A stretch of DNA of 63,916 nt, counting the filler, from an uncultured Methanoregulaceae archaeon (lineage in GTDB: Archaea; Halobacteriota; Methanomicrobia; Methanomicrobiales; Methanospirillaceae), in NCBI GenBank assembly GCA_964530035.1. It is 6 parts of 6 records of this genome, joined end to end, with 100 filler letters (N's around TTAATTAATTAA, not from the genome) between each part and the next. Parts side by side here need not be neighbours in the genome. Positions count along the whole stretch, not along the records: positions 10,991 to 21,812 come from CAZGXZ010000080.1; positions 21,913 to 32,732 come from CAZGXZ010000081.1; 4 more parts are not named here. One strand, written 5' to 3'. Shown in pieces: positions 18,741 through 27,859 of this stretch; positions within the stretch are counted from its first letter, which is position 1, and every line of letters begins with the position of its first letter. The notes below the pieces were generated by a model, which was not told the DNA's origin, searched no databases, and was given only the letters and a program-made list of their open reading frames with translations. The position numbers and the translations under genes were made by a program.

Positions 18741-19115
18741 TCATGCCTGGGGAGGGAGGAAGTCCTGTATCTGTTCCAGGATTGTTTTCGGGTTGATGGG
18801 TTTTTCGATATAGCCGTTGCACCCTGCGGCGATCGCCTTTTCGCGGTCACCTGCCATCGCATAGGACGTCAGGGCGACAATGGGTGTTGACTCCTGGTCA
18901 GGATTCTTCCGCAGCTCCCGGGCAGTCGCATAGCCGTCCATTACAGGGAGCTGGATATCGAGCAGGATAAGGGCCGGACGCTCGGAAGTTGCGAGTGCGA
19001 TACCCTCCTTGCCATCCCTCGCCCTGATGACGTTGTATCCTTTTGTTTTCAGGATAAAATCAACAAGGTAGAAGTTCTGGTCGTTGTCTTCGATATAGAG
19101 AATTTTTGTCGTCAT
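18741..19115 (-). CDS. Single-domain response regulator (CheY/DivK-like)
   Basis: ILYIEDN, LILLDIQLPVMDG, IVALTSYA, GYIEKPI. Confidence 0.95.
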   Translation of the reverse strand: MTTKILYIEDNDQNFYLVDFILKTKGYNVIRARDGKEGIALATSERPALILLDIQLPVMDGYATARELRKNPDQESTPIVALTSYAMAGDREKAIAAGCNGYIEKPINPKTILEQIQDFLPPQA

Positions 19116-21247
19116 GAGTTCCTCCTTTCGGCAGGCAGGATGACCGTAAAAGTACTTCCCTTGCCGGGTTCGCTCTCTACGCTGATAGTTCCTTCCATCA
19201 GGCCAACAAGGCGTTTACAGATGGAGAGCCCGAGGCCTGTCCCTTCGTACTGCCGTGATAACCCGGTCTCCACCTGGGAGAACGGGATGAACAACTTGTT
19301 CATGTCCTCCTTGCGAATTCCGATACCGGTGTCCATGACACGGATTACCACCTGGTCCCCGGTCCGGGAGCACTCGATCCGCACCCGGCCCTTGTCGGTA
19401 AACTTTATGGCATTGCTCATAAGGTTCAGGACGACCTGTTCCACCCGCCTGGCATCCCCGAGGGCCATGCCGACGTCCGGGGCGATATCCAGTTCGAATA
19501 CAAGGTCTTTTTTATTCGCCAACGGTTTCATGGCCCGGCCAACCTTTTCAAGCACGAGCCGGGTATCTACCGGTTCGACAAGGAGCCTGAGCTCACCTGC
19601 TTCGATTTTCGAGATGTCCAGGACGTCGTTGATCAGGGCGAGAAGGTGTTCGGCGCTGTCTGATACCATGCCCATCTGCTTCCTCTGTTCCTCGTTCAGG
19701 GGGCCCGCCAGTTCCTGGAGGAGAATTCCGGTAAAGCCGATGATGGAGTTCAAGGGGGTCCGCAATTCATGGGACATGGTGGCAAGGAAGGCGGACTTGA
19801 GCCGGTCGAGTTCCCTGAGGTGGACGTTGGCTTCCGATAGTTCACGGGTCCGTTCAGCCACCTTCTTCTCCAGGTCACGGTGGGCTTCGAGGATTTTTTC
19901 CTCGGCCTGTTTCCGCGGGGTGATGTCTGTCATCAGGAGCAGGACGCCGGGATCTTTTTGGTAACTTACCGGGACGGCCTGGAGAAGAACTGTTATGACC
20001 TCTCCGGCACCGTTCCGGATGTCCATTTCATAGGGAGCCAGCTGCACACCAGACAACCGTTCTCTCATTTTTTGTGCGATTGCCTCCCTCTGGTAGTCAG
20101 CGACGAATGAAATGGCGGGCTGGCCGATGATCCCGGATGAGGGCCGGCCCATTATGGTCGTCGCTGTCTTGTTGGCGAATGTGACGGTCCCGTTTTTATC
20201 GTAGATCAGGATTATGTCAGGCAGGTTCTCGACGAGGCTCCGGTTGAACTCCTCACTCTCCCGGAGTGCATCTTCTGCCCTGGCGCGTATCGCTTCCTCC
20301 TTCACGATCCCCTCCGCCCGGGTGACATAGTAGGTGAAGAAGAGGAGCGAGAGGATCAGGAGTGCGGAGAAGATGATCAGGTTGTTCCGAAAACCCTGTA
20401 TCGTGCCCAGTATCTCATTCTCCGGTGTTGAGACGATGATTGACCAGCGGGTGTTCCCGAGAGTCACCGGCAGGTAGCTTGCCTGGTATATCGTGTCCGG
20501 TGCATTCCTGGCATGGTCTCCGGTTACTGAGTATGCAGCGGCCCCCCGGGAACCGTTCATCGCGTCCCTGGCCATGGAAATGAAGGTCGGGGATGAGTTG
20601 AAAAGATCAAGGACGGTCCTGCCGGTTTCTCCGAGGACGGGTGAATAGATCACGACGCCATTCTGGCTGACGGACCAGGCGTACCCGGAATCGAGAATTC
20701 TGATAGTTCCCAGGTTGTCCTGTGCCAGGGTGTCGAACGGGATAAGGATGGCGATGCTCCCCCGGTACCCCGTGTCATCAAAAACCGGCACATGAAACGC
20801 AACGGCCCTGAAACCCTGGACCGCTGTGAAAACGTCGCTGATCACGACTGAATGGGTGGCGAGTTCCTCCCGGACATGGGACTGGGACGAGATATCTGCC
20901 CCGGTGGATGTTTCAACGGGATAGGTGTATGCGATGATTCCATTCTCGTCCACCCGGGTGATGGCTGAGATCTCTCCGGCGTGATTATTGTAGAAATCCC
21001 GCATCAGGTCCCGGCCGTCCGGGTCGAGGGTTATGATATGCTCATTGCCTGCGAGAAAGGACAGGGAAGCATTGTAGACCTCAAAAACGTTCTCGATGCC
21101 TGCAGCAGCCTGCTGGGCATGCACCGCCTGTTCGGTATTCACCTGGTCGATGGTCTTTGATTCGATGGCGTTATAAGATGCAAATAACAGGAAACCACAG
21201 AGGACGAGCAGCACGAGGAAAATGACTACCTGCCTGGTGTACCGCAT
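19112..21247 (-). CDS. Membrane sensor histidine kinase (Cache, PAS, HisKA, HATPase)
   Basis: Two TM segments, MSHELRTPL, NLMSNAIKFT, DTGIGI, GTGLGL. Confidence 0.93.
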   Translation of the reverse strand: MRYTRQVVIFLVLLVLCGFLLFASYNAIESKTIDQVNTEQAVHAQQAAAGIENVFEVYNASLSFLAGNEHIITLDPDGRDLMRDFYNNHAGEISAITRVDENGIIAYTYPVETSTGADISSQSHVREELATHSVVISDVFTAVQGFRAVAFHVPVFDDTGYRGSIAILIPFDTLAQDNLGTIRILDSGYAWSVSQNGVVIYSPVLGETGRTVLDLFNSSPTFISMARDAMNGSRGAAAYSVTGDHARNAPDTIYQASYLPVTLGNTRWSIIVSTPENEILGTIQGFRNNLIIFSALLILSLLFFTYYVTRAEGIVKEEAIRARAEDALRESEEFNRSLVENLPDIILIYDKNGTVTFANKTATTIMGRPSSGIIGQPAISFVADYQREAIAQKMRERLSGVQLAPYEMDIRNGAGEVITVLLQAVPVSYQKDPGVLLLMTDITPRKQAEEKILEAHRDLEKKVAERTRELSEANVHLRELDRLKSAFLATMSHELRTPLNSIIGFTGILLQELAGPLNEEQRKQMGMVSDSAEHLLALINDVLDISKIEAGELRLLVEPVDTRLVLEKVGRAMKPLANKKDLVFELDIAPDVGMALGDARRVEQVVLNLMSNAIKFTDKGRVRIECSRTGDQVVIRVMDTGIGIRKEDMNKLFIPFSQVETGLSRQYEGTGLGLSICKRLVGLMEGTISVESEPGKGSTFTVILPAERRNS

Positions 21248-21491
21248 TCACACACCCCCGGGGCGTCCGTCATCTCTCATCCTGCTCCCTGGCACGTGCC
21301 CTAATATACCTGAATGTCCGGATATGTTGAATACCTTTTTAAGAATACGCTCGATAGGCTCCATGACCTCGTTGAGAAACAGGGTAGGTTTCGCAATACC
21401 ATCCCGGTGATGCAGGAATGAGGAAGCGGCAGGATATAGCGTGATATCTATGAGAATTAATAAGGATTGGGATTTAAATTCAGAAAAAATG

Positions 21492-21585
21492 GCCTTGTTG
21501 AAATCCTCATATCAGTATGATCCGGTCGGGTTGTTTTCCTGAAAGATCCCGAATTTTGTTCCTTATTGAAGGGTTTCAACAGAGC
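21492..21585. mobile_element. ~94-bp MITE-like element
   Basis: Ends gccttgttgaaatcct / agggtttcaacagagc are 13/16 inverted repeats; related right end at 21913-21963 and left end near 22053. Confidence 0.6.
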
Positions 21586-21694
21586 GGAAAAAATGGGAAA
21601 GGAAGGGATTTAATTTGATTATTTCCTCATCAGACTCTTATCGGAGGGCTAACCAACGTGTCGATATTTTTCATTTCATCGACCATCTTCCTGT

Positions 21695-21812
21695 CGGATA
21701 CCAGTAGCATCTTTTTTCCCGATATTCCATAACCATAAATCCTTCAGTGGGGGCGTCCCCCCACACCCCCGAAAAGATACCCCGCCGCCCCCGAAGGGCG
21801 CCCCGGCGGCGG
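21695..21812. repeat. GC-rich hairpin repeat, copy 2 (cut by scaffold end)
   Basis: Same orientation as 18178-18294; assembly breaks inside it. Confidence 0.8.
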
Positions 21813-22169
21813 NNNNNNNNNNNNNNNNNNNNNNNNNNNNNNNNNNNNNNNNNNNNTTAATTAATTAANNNNNNNNNNNNNNNNNNNNNNNNNNNNNNNN
21901 NNNNNNNNNNNNATTCCTGAAAGGACAGAGAATTTTCATCACTAACTAGGGTTTCAACAAAGCCCAAATCCGGTTTCTTCTATCATCCAGATTACCTTAC
22001 AATTATGTCCGGCAGGGAAAAATTCTCTGTTACCATTGAGATTTTTTTCGATCTGTTGAAATCCTCCTTATCCTCTCTTTATTCGCCCTATAATGAGAGA
22101 TCTCCATCTGCTCTACTTCCGATGAAAGGAATTTGACACTGCCTGAAATGAAAAGCGTTTGAGGCCGGT

Positions 22170-23081
22170 TCAGGCCTTTTTTTCTTTCCCCTCGGCATAG
22201 ATGCATGACTGGATGTCATGGCCGAGTTTCCCGATTGCATCAGCCCTGCACCGCTGGCAGTGGCGCATCTGCCTGATGTACTTCGAGCATTCATCCTGCA
22301 TCGTGCGTTTCATCTCGGGGGTTGGAGGGGTGATGTCGGCGAACTTGTACTGGGCGATGAGGGGTATGAGGTTGAAGGTGAAAACTCCCATTTCACCCGC
22401 CTTTTTTGCGATGTCAGGGATTTGTTTGTCGTTGATGCCAGGGATGTAGACGGTGTTCACCTTGACGATCATGTGGCGTTTTACCGCTTCTTCTATCCCT
22501 TTCATCTGGTTTTCAAGGAGGATCCGTGCCCCCTCGACCCCATGGTACCGCTTGCCCTTGTAATCCACATGTTCGTAGATTTTTGCACCGGTTTCCGGGT
22601 CGAGCGTGTTCAGGGTCACGGTTATGTTGCCTACGTCGTACTTCTGGAGGAGGTCGATATACTCCGGCAGCATGAGACCGTTCGTGGAGAGGCACTTGAT
22701 GACGTTCGGGAACTGCTCGTGGAGGAGCCGGAGCGTTTCGAGGGTCTCGGGGTTTGCAAGGGGTTCACCCGGCCCGGCGATCCCGATCACCTTGATGTAC
22801 TCATATTTTTCAAGGACCCCCCTGACCATTTCCACGGCTTCTTCAGGTTTGAGGACCCGTGTCGTCACGCCGGGACGGCTTTCGTTGACGCAGTCGAAGT
22901 CCCGTATACAGTAGTTGCACTGGATGTTGCAGCGCGGGGCAACGGGAATGTGGCAACGGCCGAACGCGTGACAGGCCTTTTCAGAGAAACACGGGTGTTC
23001 CGAGATCTTCCGCATCTGTTCAGGGTCCCACTGGACCTGCTTTCCGTCGACTTCCGCAACCTTGTATCCCGTTTCGGCCAT
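22170..23081 (-). CDS. nifB: NifB-type radical SAM protein (archaeal, SAM domain only)
   Basis: HPCF, CNIQCNYC, ESRPG, AGPGEPL, TVTLN, CQRCRADAIG; start at MAETGY 23081. Confidence 0.92.
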   Translation of the reverse strand: MAETGYKVAEVDGKQVQWDPEQMRKISEHPCFSEKACHAFGRCHIPVAPRCNIQCNYCIRDFDCVNESRPGVTTRVLKPEEAVEMVRGVLEKYEYIKVIGIAGPGEPLANPETLETLRLLHEQFPNVIKCLSTNGLMLPEYIDLLQKYDVGNITVTLNTLDPETGAKIYEHVDYKGKRYHGVEGARILLENQMKGIEEAVKRHMIVKVNTVYIPGINDKQIPDIAKKAGEMGVFTFNLIPLIAQYKFADITPPTPEMKRTMQDECSKYIRQMRHCQRCRADAIGKLGHDIQSCIYAEGKEKKA

Positions 23082-23155
23082 GTTCAACCAACAGATGTGG
23101 GAGCCCTGATTATAAATAGGATTCAATCGGCACAGGGGTGTGCGGGGGCGACGTG

Positions 23156-24244
23156 TCACCCGGCGATCCGGGTGTGCCCCTCCATCCCTTCCAGCACCGA
23201 CTCGTCGAGCAGTGCGGTGATATCCGGCTGGATGAGGTAGACAGGAAGGTAGCCGGCTACCGTCCTCCTGACCGTCCGGTAGACCCTGGCCTCCAGGAGT
23301 GCCCTCACACCCTCTTTTTCCGCCTCCTCCAGGGACGGGGTGTCTGCACCAGTGCCCAGGACGTCCCGTGTCTCCGCAAGGGAGGCAGCCCTTCCGGCAA
23401 GGTGCTCCCTGGCGACCAGCAGGCTTGTATACCCGTGGAAGACCCGGACAAAAACGAACAGGGCAGCCAGGGCAGCCAGAAACTCGAGAGTCGTCCCGGT
23501 TCCATGAAACCTGCTGCCTGAGACAACGGTCCCGAAGGTCATCCCGGGCATGAAGATGGCGATGGTCGTCAGGAGTGCCAGCGATGTCGCTATGGCACCG
23601 ACCAGGAGGAGGAGGAACCAGAGGTAGAGCCCGCCCTTCGCCCGGTACGAGGTCAGGGAACGGACCGTCCGCTCGAACCCGTGTGAGTACGGGCGTGTGA
23701 CCCATATCCCTGCGTAATACACGACGATTGCTGTGCACTGAAGGCATATCAGGAAATAGTCCCTGTCCATCCACCCGGCTCCAGGCCTGCCTGCAAGGAG
23801 AAAGATGAGGTCTGCCGTGAATAAAATCCCGAAAGGAGGTGCAAGGGCCCGGGAGTTGATGAAAAACACGTTCCAGAGGATATGGACAAGCATTGGTGCG
23901 TTCCGTCCTGCTGAAAGGATTTTTTCAGGCCTGGCCACCGCCGGGACGAGGGTGAGACCCCTGCGGACCGGGGCGATCTCGGGAGGGATGAGGAACAGGA
24001 GAGGATAGACCATGTACAGGACGAGGGTTGAGGCGATGAACAGGACGGGAAGGTCGGGAAAGGCCATGAAAAGGAAGGCCAGGAGTCCGCCTGCAGGGAG
24101 TGCCGGCCATGCATGTCGCAGTTGCCAGGACTCATCGCCGCTCAGCTGTGCAAGCGTGTCCAGGTCCTGTATCCGGGCAGATTCAAGCCGGTCGGAGAGC
24201 GCCGTGCTGCCGGGTCTCAGGGGGTCGCCGTGGGCGGAGGTCAT
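23156..24244 (-). CDS. Hypothetical multi-pass membrane protein
   Basis: About 7 hydrophobic segments; start set at MTSAHG (24244) to avoid overlap with the kinase. Confidence 0.7.
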   Translation of the reverse strand: MTSAHGDPLRPGSTALSDRLESARIQDLDTLAQLSGDESWQLRHAWPALPAGGLLAFLFMAFPDLPVLFIASTLVLYMVYPLLFLIPPEIAPVRRGLTLVPAVARPEKILSAGRNAPMLVHILWNVFFINSRALAPPFGILFTADLIFLLAGRPGAGWMDRDYFLICLQCTAIVVYYAGIWVTRPYSHGFERTVRSLTSYRAKGGLYLWFLLLLVGAIATSLALLTTIAIFMPGMTFGTVVSGSRFHGTGTTLEFLAALAALFVFVRVFHGYTSLLVAREHLAGRAASLAETRDVLGTGADTPSLEEAEKEGVRALLEARVYRTVRRTVAGYLPVYLIQPDITALLDESVLEGMEGHTRIAG

Positions 24245-24272
24245 GGATTCTCCTGGGAAACACCCGGTCCTG

Positions 24273-26642
24273 TCACGGACCGAGGGTGAAGAAGAAGGCT
24301 GATCCCTCTCCAGGGACCGATTCCGCAAAGATGGTCCCGCCGTGCCGCTCAACGATCCGCTTGACGATGGCAAGGCCAACCCCCGTGCCTTCGTAGGTAC
24401 CAGGGGTGTGGAGTCGTGAAAAGACTCCGAATATCTGGTCGGAGTACTTCATGTCAAACCCGATCCCGTTGTCCCTTACGACATAGTACAACCTGCCGTC
24501 CCGCACCTCGGACCCTATCCAGACCCGGGCCTCCTCCCTGTTCCGGGAATACTTGACCGCATTGTCGATGAGGTTGAAGAAGACATTCCGTATCAGGGAC
24601 GGGTCAGCCCTGCACGGTGGGAGATCCCCGGTGGTGATAGTCACCTTCCTTTCCCGGAGGGAAGGCTCGATGGTTTCGATGGTCTTCTGGACGACTGCCC
24701 TGACATCGACGTCGATTATGACAAGTGCCTTTCTTCCGAGCCGTGAAAAGTCAAGGAGCCCGTCGATCAGGTGCCCCATCTCCTGGGCTGAAGTACGGAT
24801 CCTCGCGATCAGGTCCCGGGTTGCGGACTGCTCCGCACCGGTCATGGTCTCGGAGAGGATCCTCGAAAAACCATCGATTGCCCTGAGCGGACCGCGGAGG
24901 TCGTGAGAGACCGTGTACGAGAAAGCCTCGAGCTCGCGGTTTACATGGGTCAGGTCGGCCGTCCGCTCCCTGACGCGCTCTTCCAGTTCCTCGTTGACCT
25001 TTCGTACCTCCTCCTCGGCCTGCTTGCGGTCGGTTATGTCCTGGCCGGCGGCTATGAAACTGACCGCAGTACCACTCCCTTCAGCGGGTACCGGTAGCGA
25101 GCGGTGGCTTATCCACCTGATGTCACCTGAACGGGTGACAATGCGGAACTCGCTTGATTTTGGCCTGTTTTCGAGGATGCTCTGGTTGTGTGCCCGGATG
25201 ATGTCCTTGTCCGGGGGATATGCGAGGAACAGCCACCATCCTTTCAGAAGCGCCTCCTGGTAAGTGTAGCCGGTAATTTTCTCAAACGCGCCTGATCCCC
25301 ACTCGAGACTGATCGCTCCTTTATCGTCGAGCCTGCCGGCATAGGCATAATCGGTGATGATTTCCGACACCGCCCGGTAGCGTTTTTCGCTGATGGCAAG
25401 GGCATTCTCGCTGATCGAAAGCTGGACGATCGTCTCCTTGAGCCGTCCCACCATGACAGAGATAGCCTGGGTGAGGGTTGAGAACTCGGCGCCCCGGGCT
25501 GAGGCAACCGGGTGGTCAAGGTCGCCACCTGCGATCTGGTCAATGTCGCTGACAATACCCTTGACCGGACCCCCGAGGAACCGCCCAATCATCACGGCGA
25601 AAAATGCCCCGATGGCCAGCAGGATGGCCGCCCAGAGTACTCTCTCAAGGAGCAGCCTAGTAAGGGCGTTGTCGATGAGGGACATGTCATAGGTGATTTT
25701 CACGATCAGGGACGGGTCTGAGCCGTACCGTTCCGAACGGAGGTCGACCACGAGGTAATCAGTGACCGTCCTGTTTGTCGTGTCAACGGACCGGGTATCC
25801 TTCCTGGTCGAGATAACGTGGGCAAGGTCTCCTGAAAGCTCAACCGGGAACGGTTTATCGGGGTCGGTGACGTCCCAGTTCTGGAAATCGTAGACCGTGA
25901 AGTCCCTGACGAAGGGGTTCCTCGAAAGGATCTTGCCGATAACCCCCTGGAACTGTATTCTGCCCCGTTCCTTCTGGAGAAACGTCCCGGAAAGACCAAG
26001 TTCAAGGATGTACCTGTGGTCGGCCGTCGGCATGTAGGCGAACTTATGGAGTTTCGGGGTGGACTCGTCCCGGACAATCCGGTCCGGGAACATGCCGGAC
26101 ATGTTCCTGATCTTCCCGAGGTAATGGTAGAATTCTGGCTGTGCGCTGAAATCGAGGCCTAAGTCAGCCTTGAAGGTCGTGAACTCGATCACCCCAGACT
26201 CGTTGATCACATAGAGGTCGGTTTCAGGCTTCCCTCCTTCAGGGCCTCCTCCGTGCCGGCCCTGATTCAGGTAGGGAGCCGCCCGGAACAGCGGTTGTTC
26301 ATTGATCTTCCTTTGGACGGTGACCAGGTCCATCTGTGAGGGGTCACCCCCGCTCCGGTTGTACTCCTCCATGAAAATGGCGAACTTCTGCTCCATGTGC
26401 TGGTTGTACGTATCGTCGTAGAGCATGAGCCCGGCATCTGCGAGGTACAGGGCGTCCCTGATGTCACTTTCGGTCTGGGTCCTGAGGAGGTCCTGCTGCT
26501 GCTCGAAGAGCTGCCTGGTCGAGATGTAGTCGATGGTGGTGATACCCGTTATCATGGCCCCGATGAGGAGGAGGACCAGGACGGTGAGATAAAAGGAGAA
26601 ACTGCGTTCGTTTCCGGGTGTACCGGTCCCTTTTCCACTCAT
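24273..26642 (-). CDS. Membrane sensor histidine kinase (HAMP, PAS, HisKA SHDLR type)
   Basis: FSYTVSHDLRGPL, NLIDNAVKYS, DNGIGFDM, GTGVGLAIV. Confidence 0.93.
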   Translation of the reverse strand: MSGKGTGTPGNERSFSFYLTVLVLLLIGAMITGITTIDYISTRQLFEQQQDLLRTQTESDIRDALYLADAGLMLYDDTYNQHMEQKFAIFMEEYNRSGGDPSQMDLVTVQRKINEQPLFRAAPYLNQGRHGGGPEGGKPETDLYVINESGVIEFTTFKADLGLDFSAQPEFYHYLGKIRNMSGMFPDRIVRDESTPKLHKFAYMPTADHRYILELGLSGTFLQKERGRIQFQGVIGKILSRNPFVRDFTVYDFQNWDVTDPDKPFPVELSGDLAHVISTRKDTRSVDTTNRTVTDYLVVDLRSERYGSDPSLIVKITYDMSLIDNALTRLLLERVLWAAILLAIGAFFAVMIGRFLGGPVKGIVSDIDQIAGGDLDHPVASARGAEFSTLTQAISVMVGRLKETIVQLSISENALAISEKRYRAVSEIITDYAYAGRLDDKGAISLEWGSGAFEKITGYTYQEALLKGWWLFLAYPPDKDIIRAHNQSILENRPKSSEFRIVTRSGDIRWISHRSLPVPAEGSGTAVSFIAAGQDITDRKQAEEEVRKVNEELEERVRERTADLTHVNRELEAFSYTVSHDLRGPLRAIDGFSRILSETMTGAEQSATRDLIARIRTSAQEMGHLIDGLLDFSRLGRKALVIIDVDVRAVVQKTIETIEPSLRERKVTITTGDLPPCRADPSLIRNVFFNLIDNAVKYSRNREEARVWIGSEVRDGRLYYVVRDNGIGFDMKYSDQIFGVFSRLHTPGTYEGTGVGLAIVKRIVERHGGTIFAESVPGEGSAFFFTLGP

Positions 26643-26905
26643 GCCCGGAGTACCCCCGTGACTCCCGAGGACCAGACATGCATGTCATAACAGTGGAACG
26701 AAGGGATATATATTGCTCATCTCTTGCAGGAATCTACCGGTTTCCCGTCTCCCCGGGCCCGGCGGGAGGAGGACCGTCTTTTTTCAGGGCTCCATGCCTG
26801 CCCGGGTGCCAGGCGGTCATGAGCCCGGCACAGAAGAAAGGATTGGTTCATGAGGCCGTGACACCCACTCCTTGGATACCTGGTACTGACTGCTGAAGGT
26901 GAGAC

Positions 26906-27859
26906 ATGTCATGGGAGCGGGGTGAGACCGTCATGGGGCCCGGTGAGGCCATAGAACCGGTTGTCAGGGCAGAAGGACTCCTGAAACGGTTCGGTGAGCT
27001 GGCCGCAGTGGACGCCATTTCGTTCAGGGTCATGAAGGGAGAGATATTCGGTTTTTTAGGGCCGAACGGGGCAGGCAAGACGACGACGATGAGGATGGTG
27101 CAGTGTGTCTCCCCACGGGACGGGGGCACCCTGGAACTCTTCGGGATGGACCCGAGACCAGACGCACGGATCATAAAGCGCCGCATCGGGGTCGTACCCC
27201 AGGACAACAACCTCGACCCGGAGTTTTCCTCGCTTGACAACCTCGTCACCTACGCGGGGTACTTTGACATCCCCCGTGAGGAGGCCGTGCAGCGCTCTGT
27301 GGAACTTCTCCAGTTTCTCCAGCTCGATTCAAAACGGGACATCATCATCGAGAAGCTGTCGGGCGGGATGAAACGGCGTCTCATCCTTGCCCGTGCCCTT
27401 GTCAACAGGCCCGACCTCCTCATCCTTGACGAGCCTACGACAGGCCTTGACCCCCAGGCACGGCACCTGATCTGGGATACCCTCCGGGTCCTCCGGACGA
27501 AGGGCATTACCATTATCATCACGACCCATTACATGGAGGAGGCCGAACGGCTCTGTGACCGCCTGGTCATCATGGACCATGGCAGGATCCTGATCGAGGG
27601 CCCTCCCGGGGAGCTCATCGGGAAGACCATCGGGAAATCGGTCGTGGAGATCGCTGACACTCCGGAAGCCCGGGCCTGCACGACCGGGCTTGGCGCCCGC
27701 TCCGAGGTCATGGGCGACACCATCCGGGTCTATCCGACCCGGGTGAAGGAGGACACCGATGCGATCCTTGAGGCATGCCCCGGGATCTCCATCACCGTGC
27801 GGCCGGCCAGCCTTGAGGACGTGTTCCTCCACCTCACCGGCCGGCCCCTCCGGGAATAA
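26906..27859 (+). CDS. ABC-2 exporter ATP-binding subunit (NodI/DrrA-like)
   Basis: GPNGAGKTT, LSGGMKRRL, ILDEPTTGLDP, TTHYMEEA, LEDVFLHLTG. Confidence 0.93.
   Translation: MSWERGETVMGPGEAIEPVVRAEGLLKRFGELAAVDAISFRVMKGEIFGFLGPNGAGKTTTMRMVQCVSPRDGGTLELFGMDPRPDARIIKRRIGVVPQDNNLDPEFSSLDNLVTYAGYFDIPREEAVQRSVELLQFLQLDSKRDIIIEKLSGGMKRRLILARALVNRPDLLILDEPTTGLDPQARHLIWDTLRVLRTKGITIIITTHYMEEAERLCDRLVIMDHGRILIEGPPGELIGKTIGKSVVEIADTPEARACTTGLGARSEVMGDTIRVYPTRVKEDTDAILEACPGISITVRPASLEDVFLHLTGRPLRE

Noticed and set aside
23082..23774. 230-aa N-terminal extension on NifB in the ORF track
   Set aside because: Alternative frame overlapping the upstream membrane-protein gene; NifB similarity starts at MAETGY (23081)
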